Source: an uncultured delta proteobacterium (GTDB taxonomy: Bacteria; Desulfobacterota; WTBG01; CAIYCZ01; CAIRTM01). Taken from it: a DNA stretch of 64,000 nt. The stretch lies in NCBI GenBank assembly GCA_963804955.1, contig CAWDSQ010000020.1, positions 96,001-160,000 on the forward strand. The letters are read 5' to 3'. Positions within the stretch are counted from its first letter, which is position 1, and each line of letters opens with the position of its first letter. Made by a program: the position numbers and the translations under genes. Shown here piece by piece: positions 55,626-64,000 of the stretch. The notes under the pieces were generated by a model, which saw nothing but the letters and a program-made list of their open reading frames with translations, was not told the DNA's origin and did no database searches.

Positions 55626-56156
55626 ATGACGAAGAGCATACCTGACAATAAAAGCGGTAAGACTTCCAGGGCGGAAAAGTATCTCACTTTTAATCTCGGA
55701 TCTGAACAGTACGGTCTGGGAATACTGAAAGTGAGAGAAATAATCGGAATAATGGATATAACAAGGGTTCCACGCACTCCGGATTTTATTCGCGGCGTTG
55801 TTAATCTTCGCGGCAAAGTTATCCCCGTCATTGACCTGCGCAAAAAGTTCGGCATGGCAACGATTGATGACACTGAGCAAACCTGCATCATTGTTGTCGA
55901 TATGCTGTTTGAGGACAATTCACTGCTGATGGGCATTATCGTAGACAGTGTGTCTGAAGTTCTTGATATTGATATAGAAGATATAGAGGATACCCCCATA
56001 TTCGGTGCTGCTGTCAGTACTGATTTTATACAGGGCATCGCAAAAATAAAAGGCGGAGTCAAGATTCTTCTCAATATCGAAAGGGTTTTAACGACAGCAG
56101 AGATTTTAACATTGCCAAAAGTTGGTGCGGAAGTTTCATTGACCAGTCAATCATGA
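55626..56156 (+). CDS. cheW: Chemotaxis coupling protein
   Basis: KYLTF, GVVNLRGKVIPVIDLR, GIIVDSVSEV. Confidence 0.95.
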   Translation: MTKSIPDNKSGKTSRAEKYLTFNLGSEQYGLGILKVREIIGIMDITRVPRTPDFIRGVVNLRGKVIPVIDLRKKFGMATIDDTEQTCIIVVDMLFEDNSLLMGIIVDSVSEVLDIDIEDIEDTPIFGAAVSTDFIQGIAKIKGGVKILLNIERVLTTAEILTLPKVGAEVSLTSQS

Positions 56157-56170
56157 TCAAGCATTGAAGC

Positions 56171-56974
56171 ATGGACCATCAAACGTTTAACAAGTTTCGT
56201 GAAATTATTTATGCAAACAGCGGCATTGCACTCAATGACACGAAAGAAGCCATGGTCTCTGCACGAATTGCAAAAAGATTGCGCGCTATTGGGCTTGAAA
56301 CCCATCAGCAGTACCTGCAGTTTTTGCTGCACGAGGATAGCGGCAATGAAATAACACATTTTCTTGATGTCATTTCGACAAATGTCACCAGTTTTTTTCG
56401 TGAACCGTCCCATTTTGAGTTTCTTGCAAAAAATGTCGACCACTGGCTTGCAGCAGGCAAAAGCCGAATACGCATATGGTGTGCAGCTGCATCGACTGGA
56501 GAAGAGCCGTACTCTATTGCTATGACGCTGCTTGAAGCAGCCGGCGGCCGAAATATAGACATGCGCATACTTGCCACAGATATATCTACAAGCGCACTGT
56601 CACGGGCGCAGAATGGCCTTTATTCCAGTTCGTCCCTTGATGGTGTATCCGAGTCATACAAAATGCGCTTCTTTGTACGCCAGAAACAGAATAATGACGT
56701 TGTCTATCGAGTCTGCGATCCATTAAAAAACATGATCGTATTCCGCAGGCTTAATCTTTCACAGCCGCCATTTCCTATGACCGGCCGTCTTGATATTGTT
56801 TTTTGCCGCAATGTGATGATTTATTTTGATAACAGTGTCCGTGCGCGTCTTGTTGATGAAATTTATCGGCTGCTGAACCCTGCAGGCTATTTGCTAACGG
56901 GGCACGCAGAGGGCCTTACAGCAATAAAAACCGAACTTCGATGTCTTGAACCATCTGTTTATCAAAAACAATAA
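56171..56974 (+). CDS. cheR: Chemotaxis methyltransferase
   Basis: TNVTSFFRE, WCAAASTGEEPYS, FCRNVMIYF. Confidence 0.95.
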   Translation: MDHQTFNKFREIIYANSGIALNDTKEAMVSARIAKRLRAIGLETHQQYLQFLLHEDSGNEITHFLDVISTNVTSFFREPSHFEFLAKNVDHWLAAGKSRIRIWCAAASTGEEPYSIAMTLLEAAGGRNIDMRILATDISTSALSRAQNGLYSSSSLDGVSESYKMRFFVRQKQNNDVVYRVCDPLKNMIVFRRLNLSQPPFPMTGRLDIVFCRNVMIYFDNSVRARLVDEIYRLLNPAGYLLTGHAEGLTAIKTELRCLEPSVYQKQ

Positions 56975-56988
56975 CCTGAGCACCGGAT

Positions 56989-57474
56989 GTGCCTGTGAAT
57001 TCTCTTGTTGTCGGCATTTCAGACATGAAGGTGTCCAGCACGAAAGACGATGTGCTGATTACCTATTCCCTGGGTTCCTGCCTTGGTGTGGTTATCTATG
57101 ATCCTGTTGCGCAGGTTGCAGGGCTTTTGCACAGCATGTTGCCGCTTTCTAAAATAGATCCTCTTAAGGCAAAAACAGCACCCTGCATGTTTGTCGATAC
57201 CGGCATTCCTCTGCTGTTTAATGAAGCCTATAAGAAAGGTGCTGAAAAAAAACGTATCATCGTCAAGGCGGTCGGATGCTCTTCCATGCTTGATGAAAAA
57301 GGTTTTTTTAAGATCGGGGAGCGCAATTTCACCATACTCAGAAAACTTCTCTGGAAAAATAATATACTTATCGATAAAGAGGATATCGGGGGTGATCAGT
57401 CACGAACTGTTTCCGTTACTGTGGCAACCGGCAGAGTGATAGTAAAATCCGATGGGAAGGAGAAAGAGCTGTAA
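56989..57474 (+). CDS. cheD: Chemoreceptor glutamine deamidase
   Basis: TYSLGSC, GLLHSMLP, IGERN, EDIGG. Confidence 0.93.
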   Translation: MPVNSLVVGISDMKVSSTKDDVLITYSLGSCLGVVIYDPVAQVAGLLHSMLPLSKIDPLKAKTAPCMFVDTGIPLLFNEAYKKGAEKKRIIVKAVGCSSMLDEKGFFKIGERNFTILRKLLWKNNILIDKEDIGGDQSRTVSVTVATGRVIVKSDGKEKEL

Positions 57475-57582
57475 TTCCCCTGCTAGACTGGATTTTGGCG
57501 TTTGCACGCTGACATATAATTTTTATGCCCGCGTGCTGGTGGAAATGTAAAAACAATTTGCCCATATTAGGAGGCATGCAGC

Positions 57583-57958
57583 ATGGCGTATAATATTCTT
57601 ATTGTTGATGATTCAAAGATCATACGATCTGTCATAAAAAAAACCCTCGAAATTTCAGGTATCCCGGTTGGCGATATATTTGAGGCTTCCAATGGTCTGG
57701 AAGGACTGACCGCCATGCGTGAACACTGGATTGACCTTGTTTTTGCCGATCTGAATATGCCGGTCATGAACGGTCTTGAAATGCTTGATATGATGGCTCA
57801 GGAGAAACTGATTCAGAAAATACCTGTTTTAATATGCTCAACAGAGGGCAGTAAAACACGTATTGAGGAGCTGTTTAAAAAAGGTGTTCGGGCGTTTCTC
57901 CGCAAGCCTATCACGCCCGAAGTTTTACGAAATGTTGTCAGAGAGGTCATGGGTGATT

Positions 57959-57972
<14 letters not shown>
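57583..57972 (+). CDS. CheY-like single-domain response regulator
   Basis: ILIVDDS, DLNMP, KP. Confidence 0.9.
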
Positions 57973-59454
<1,482 letters not shown>

Positions 59455-59457
59455 TTT

Positions 59458-59485
59458 GGTTTACATAATATATATTATCAGACAT
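59458..59485 (-). other. dif (XerC/XerD chromosome dimer resolution) site
   Basis: Minus strand ATGTCTGATAA-TATATA-TTATGTAAACC (11-6-11 layout); intergenic; KOPS motifs converge here. Confidence 0.85.
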
Positions 59486-59756
59486 TAAGCATCCATGTTA
59501 ACATAAGTCCACGAATACGCTTGCCTTTGTTTCCTCACCGTTTTTCAAACCCCTGCGGGTGTTTTTTTTCACAAAGGCTGTAGGCTTGTGCACAATCCGG
59601 CTGCTGGAGTGCTTGAATAGATTAACAATACTGCGAAGCGCCTAAAATTTGACTCTGCCAGCGTTTCACATATTGATTATTCACAGGATTTGTATTATAA
59701 AAATTGCCTGTTACTCTCTTAAAAAAAGTTATTTTTTATTATACCTGCTAATTATT

Positions 59757-61583
59757 ATGATACAAAAAAGAAAAAAAGAAACTGTCCTGATGGGAAACGA
59801 GGCAATTGCCCTCGGCATCATTGAAAACGGCTGCAGCATGGCCTGCTCATATCCCGGTACTCCCGCATCTGAAATTTTAACTTCCATTGCCCGATACAGA
59901 GCCGCATATGGCAGCAAGATGCATATTGAGTGGTCGGTCAATGAAAAAGCAGCTTTTGAAGTCGCCCTTGCCAATAGCTATTCCGGCTGCAGATCTGCTG
60001 TATCAATGAAGCAGGTTGGACTTAATGTTGCACTTGACCCTCTTATGAGCTCAGCCTACACAGGCGTTGTGGGCGGTTTTCTTCTCGTTTCCGCAGATGA
60101 TCCCGGGCCCCACAGTTCTCAAACAGAACAGGATAGCCGCTTTGTCGCAATGCTTGCAAAAATTCCGGTCCTTGATCCATCCTCTCCGCGTGAAGCACAT
60201 GACATGATTTCTGAGGCCTATACAATTTCTGAAAAATATGCAATCCCCGTGATGCTGCGCCCGACAACGCGGGTTTGCCACGCCCGCCAGAATGTTGCCC
60301 CTGGAAAATCCGTGAACATGAACCGTAAGGCTTTTTTTTTAAAAGACCCTGAGCGCTGGGCTGCAACTCCTAAATTTCGCTATAAACTTCATAAAGATTT
60401 GAATAAAAAGCTGTGTTCAATTGCTGATGAAAAAGTATTCCAGCCTTCTTTTTATCCCGGCAGTAACAACACTGCCAAAAGTTGCATACTATCATCCGGC
60501 GTGGCATTCTCATATGTCCTTGACTTTTTAACTGATTACAATCTGCTTGATAAAGTAGCTCTATGTAAAGTTTCTATGCCATTTCCCCTGCCGGAGAGTT
60601 TTTTAAAATCTATTACAGCGAAGTTTAAGAAAATTCTTGTTATTGAAGAAACATATCCTGTTATTGAACTGCAAATCCATGACCGCAGACATGTTACCGG
60701 CAGGTTGAGCGGGCATGTTCCATCCGAAGGAGAAATAACGCCGGACATTATCAATCCTGTCATACGTACATTTTTCAACCTGCCCCTGCCCTCTGTAAAG
60801 CCCGCCAAAGCGGGCGGCCAGCGGCCGTCGTTATGTCCGGGATGCCCGCACCGTGCCACGTATTTTGCTATTAAAAAAGCCCTTCCTAAAGCGATTTATC
60901 CCGGGGATATCGGCTGCTATACTCTTGGAATAAACCTCGGAGCAGTGGACACCTGCCTGTGCATGGGTGCTTCTATCAATCAGGCCGCAGGTTTTTATCA
61001 CTCTTTTAAATCATCCGGCAGAGAAGAAACATCAATTGTCGCAACCATTGGCGACTCAACCTTTATACATTCCGGCATTACCGCGCTTATCAATGCTGTT
61101 TACAACGGAGCACGCTTTATTCTTGTCATTCTTGACAACAGCACTACTGCAATGACGGGAAATCAGCCTACAGCTGCAACAGGTGTCCGCGCTGATGGTA
61201 CGTCAACCACCGGCATTCAGTTGGAGAAACTGCTTGACGGGTGCGGCGTAACCTATATTAAAAACATTGATTCTTATGATGTTCAGCAAATCATTTCCGC
61301 ACTCAGGGATGCCGATTTATATACAAGAAAAAAAGACGGCGGAATTGCAGTCATCATCTCAAAGCATCCATGCCTGGTTGGTTCAAAGCCACAGAAAACA
61401 TTTTCCGTCGTGGTGAGCGATGATTGTACCGGTTGTCAATACTGCATAACAAACTTCGAGTGCCCTGCTCTTGTGCTGGAAAACGGCAAGGTTATCATCA
61501 ATACAGCGTTCTGCAATGGATGTGGAGTCTGTGCACATGTCTGCCCTGTGCATGCAATAAAGGTGGAAGAAAAAAACGTATGA
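59757..61583 (+). CDS. iorA: Indolepyruvate:ferredoxin oxidoreductase alpha subunit
   Basis: MGNEAIA, YPGTPASE, DDPGPHSSQTEQD, CPGCPH, IGDST, C-terminal 2x4Fe-4S. Confidence 0.93.
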   Translation: MIQKRKKETVLMGNEAIALGIIENGCSMACSYPGTPASEILTSIARYRAAYGSKMHIEWSVNEKAAFEVALANSYSGCRSAVSMKQVGLNVALDPLMSSAYTGVVGGFLLVSADDPGPHSSQTEQDSRFVAMLAKIPVLDPSSPREAHDMISEAYTISEKYAIPVMLRPTTRVCHARQNVAPGKSVNMNRKAFFLKDPERWAATPKFRYKLHKDLNKKLCSIADEKVFQPSFYPGSNNTAKSCILSSGVAFSYVLDFLTDYNLLDKVALCKVSMPFPLPESFLKSITAKFKKILVIEETYPVIELQIHDRRHVTGRLSGHVPSEGEITPDIINPVIRTFFNLPLPSVKPAKAGGQRPSLCPGCPHRATYFAIKKALPKAIYPGDIGCYTLGINLGAVDTCLCMGASINQAAGFYHSFKSSGREETSIVATIGDSTFIHSGITALINAVYNGARFILVILDNSTTAMTGNQPTAATGVRADGTSTTGIQLEKLLDGCGVTYIKNIDSYDVQQIISALRDADLYTRKKDGGIAVIISKHPCLVGSKPQKTFSVVVSDDCTGCQYCITNFECPALVLENGKVIINTAFCNGCGVCAHVCPVHAIKVEEKNV

Positions 61584-62104
61584 CAAAAAAAAAACAACTT
61601 GATGCTCAAATTGTCATCTGCGGCCGTGGAGGACAGGGTATTCTATTCCTCACGCGGCTGCTGGACGAAGCAGCCATTTTACAGGGCAGTAATGTCATTT
61701 CTTCTGAAACCCACGGCATGGCTATGCGTGGCGGATCCGTTACCTCCCATGTTCGCATCGGTAACTACCTCTCACCCCTTATCCCTTCAGGGAAAGGGGA
61801 CATCCTGATTGCAGTGAACGAGAGTGAAGAACCCTTTAACAGGCATCTTATGAAAAAGGATGCCCGCATGTACATAAATTCTTTAGCCCGCAGGCCGAAC
61901 GCCATTTGCGCAGAAAAAATCGCCCGACTGCTCGGCTCCCCTGTGGTGACCAATCTGGTGCTGCTCGGTTTTGCCTGCGCGCACCCTGATTTTCCGTTCA
62001 CGTATGCGCACCTTTATAAAATATTACAGCAGATTAGCCCGGCCAAAGCGCTTGATTTAAACCTTAAGGCATTTACTGAAGGATTTCAAACAGGAACCAA
62101 CTAA
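61580..62104 (+). CDS. iorB: Indolepyruvate:ferredoxin oxidoreductase beta subunit
   Basis: GRGGQG, ETHGMAMRGGSV, NLVLLG, NLKAF. Confidence 0.9.
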   Translation: MTKKKQLDAQIVICGRGGQGILFLTRLLDEAAILQGSNVISSETHGMAMRGGSVTSHVRIGNYLSPLIPSGKGDILIAVNESEEPFNRHLMKKDARMYINSLARRPNAICAEKIARLLGSPVVTNLVLLGFACAHPDFPFTYAHLYKILQQISPAKALDLNLKAFTEGFQTGTN

Positions 62105-62128
62105 CCCTCCAGGAGAGTATCCATAGCC

Positions 62129-63403
62129 ATGTTTCAGCCCGAATTTGAACAATTACCCCAGCCTGCTCTGCAAAAACTGCAGCTAGACCGCCTTAAGGAA
62201 ACCCTCAAGCGGATAGAGACAACTAATCCCTTTTATTTTGACAAAATTCACCGCCTGCGGGCAGATGATGTCGGCTCGCTGGAGGATATCAAAAAATTTC
62301 CACTCATGACCAAGGATGACCTGCGCGACGGCTATCCATTTAAATATAGCTGCGCAGAAAAGTCCTCGTTTCTTCGCATGCATATGAGCTCGGGCACCAC
62401 CGGAACCCCCATCATTAATCCCATGACTCGCAATGACCTGCGCCAGTGGGGCTCCATCATGGCTCGCTGCTACGCAGCAGCCGGTCTTACGCCCGGTGAT
62501 GTCATACAAATCACGCCATCCTTCGGTTTATTCAACGGCGGTTTCGGCTTTCATTACGGGGCTGAGGCGCTCGGAGCCATGGTTATACCAATCGGCGCAG
62601 GCAGAACGCTTTTGCAGCTGAAATTTTTAAATGATTTCAACGTTACCGCCATTGCAGCAATTGCATCCTATCCCTTGCGACTCATAGAGGTTGCGGAAAA
62701 AGAAGGCTTCAACTTCCGGGATACAGGGCTGAAAATCGGAATTTTCGGATCCGAAGTCTGGAGCGATGAAATCCGCAAGCGCATTGAAGCGCATATGGGT
62801 ATTGAGACATTCGATATTATCGGCATGACTGAAACCGGAGGTGTGGGGCTTGGCATCGACTGCAAGGCGCATAACGGCATTCATGTCTGGGAGGATGATT
62901 ATCTGGTTGAAATCATCGATCCGGATACCGGGATTCCCGTGCCTGATGGCCAGGAAGGCGAAATGATTGTAACAACCCTGAATCGCGAAGGCCTGCCGCT
63001 CATACGCTACCGAACACGTGACATTACGTCTGTCATTTCACGCGAAACATGCGCCTGCGGCAGAACATCTTTGCGTATTCAGCGCCTCAAAGGCCGCAAT
63101 GATGATATGCTCAAGATAAAAGGGGTCAACTTTTATCCCACTCAGCTTGAAAGCGTTCTTATGCAGCATGAGGAACTTGCAAGCCATTACCAGATCGTCC
63201 TCGAAAATCCTAAAGGCAGGGATGTCCTCACGGTCATGATCGAAACGCACAAAGAGGTCAGCTCAGCAGTGCGCGAGAAAATCGATATGCAAATCTACGA
63301 CATGCTTGGCTTTCATGTGGATACATTTAACTTTATGGCTGAGGGGACGCTGCCGCGCGTACCCGGTAAAGCGGTGCGTGTTGTTGATCATCGGGGAAGT
63401 TAA
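62129..63403 (+). CDS. paaK: Phenylacetate--CoA ligase family
   Basis: SSGTTG, GFHYGAE, IRYRTRD, GRNDDMLKIKGVN. Confidence 0.9.
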   Translation: MFQPEFEQLPQPALQKLQLDRLKETLKRIETTNPFYFDKIHRLRADDVGSLEDIKKFPLMTKDDLRDGYPFKYSCAEKSSFLRMHMSSGTTGTPIINPMTRNDLRQWGSIMARCYAAAGLTPGDVIQITPSFGLFNGGFGFHYGAEALGAMVIPIGAGRTLLQLKFLNDFNVTAIAAIASYPLRLIEVAEKEGFNFRDTGLKIGIFGSEVWSDEIRKRIEAHMGIETFDIIGMTETGGVGLGIDCKAHNGIHVWEDDYLVEIIDPDTGIPVPDGQEGEMIVTTLNREGLPLIRYRTRDITSVISRETCACGRTSLRIQRLKGRNDDMLKIKGVNFYPTQLESVLMQHEELASHYQIVLENPKGRDVLTVMIETHKEVSSAVREKIDMQIYDMLGFHVDTFNFMAEGTLPRVPGKAVRVVDHRGS

Positions 63404-63492
63404 CATTCATACGTAGCAAACAGAATTGACTGATTCTCCCTCTATGCAAACAACATTTTAATACCCCTGTTTTAGTGAAAGGAGTTTGCTCA

Positions 63493-64000
63493 TTGAAAAA
63501 TGTACTTGTGCCGCGAGAAGTTTTTTTTACCAAAGGTGCCGGCACCCATAAAGATGAACTGAGGTCATTCGAACTGGCGCTGCGCGATGCAGGTATTGAG
63601 AAACAGAATCTCGTACCTGTATCCAGTATTTTGCCCCCCGAATGTAAAATTATTTCAAAATCACTCGGCCTGACACGTCTTTCACCCGGCGCGATTAATT
63701 TTACCGTTATCAGTAAATGCGCAAGCAATGAACCTCATCGGCTTATTGTGTCTTCAGTTGGATGCGCTATCCCTGCCGACAAAACCGGATATGGATATCT
63801 TTCGGAATTTCACGCTTTCGGCATTACTGAAAAACTGGCAGGCGATTATGCGGAAGATATGGCTGCAGCCATGCTTGCTACAACCCTGGGCATAGAATTC
63901 GATGAGGACAAAAGCTGGGATGAAAAAAAGGAAGTCTATCGCATCAGCAATAAGATATACCGATCTACTGAAATAACCCAGTCTGCAATTGTCGGACAGA
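63493..64000 (+). CDS. pdaD: Pyruvoyl-dependent arginine decarboxylase (partial; absent from the ORF track)
   Basis: [10 protein letters not shown]...[25 protein letters not shown] (Ser-Ser autocleavage site)...YGYLSE. Confidence 0.9.
   Translation, partial: MKNVLVPREVFFTKGAGTHKDELRSFELALRDAGIEKQNLVPVSSILPPECKIISKSLGLTRLSPGAINFTVISKCASNEPHRLIVSSVGCAIPADKTGYGYLSEFHAFGITEKLAGDYAEDMAAAMLATTLGIEFDEDKSWDEKKEVYRISNKIYRSTEITQSAIVGQ

Overview
This 64-kb window is bacterial chromosome, most consistent with a Desulfobacterota/deltaproteobacterial anaerobe (inferred from gene content). Many genes, including conserved housekeeping genes (hisS, smc, miaB, lpxH), are broken by single-base indels, often in homopolymers. 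These are most likely long-read assembly errors, so split genes are given as joined spans. The left arm (1-14 kb, ending at tRNA-Ser) is accessory. It holds two iron-sulfur flavoproteins, a Phd/RelE toxin-antitoxin pair, a PD-(D/E)xK nuclease-like gene, a WbuC cupin, a secreted glycoamylase-like hydrolase, an Ig + ferrochelatase-fold lipoprotein, an L7Ae-like gene divergent from an NYN-LOTUS RNase, and several REP-like and tandem repeat families. The middle (14-52 kb) is mainly housekeeping: hisS, tRNA-Gln and tRNA-Glu, pepD, dapL, amrS, rlmD, tsaD, nadB, pgeF, lpxH, apbE, comEC, add, a DacZ-type diadenylate cyclase, GT2 + STT3/PglB, ftsY, smc, a glcD-like oxidase, Usp, uppP, a PHP protein and miaB. 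A cheY-A-W-R-D-Y-X-B cluster with no receptor gene occupies 52-59.5 kb. It is followed immediately by a dif site (59458-59485) at which KOPS motifs appear to switch polarity, so this is probably the replication terminus. The window ends with iorAB-paaK-pdaD. The best novelty candidates are the exported ferrochelatase-fold lipoprotein, the L7Ae-like/NYN-LOTUS pair with a C/D-box-like motif between them, the GtrB-like + STT3 minimal glycosylation pair, an Hpt protein with a CheZ-like tail, a Zn-finger protein with clamp-binding-like motifs, and tandem NrdR-like boxes upstream of smc. All family calls are by-eye motif recognition; no database search was run.
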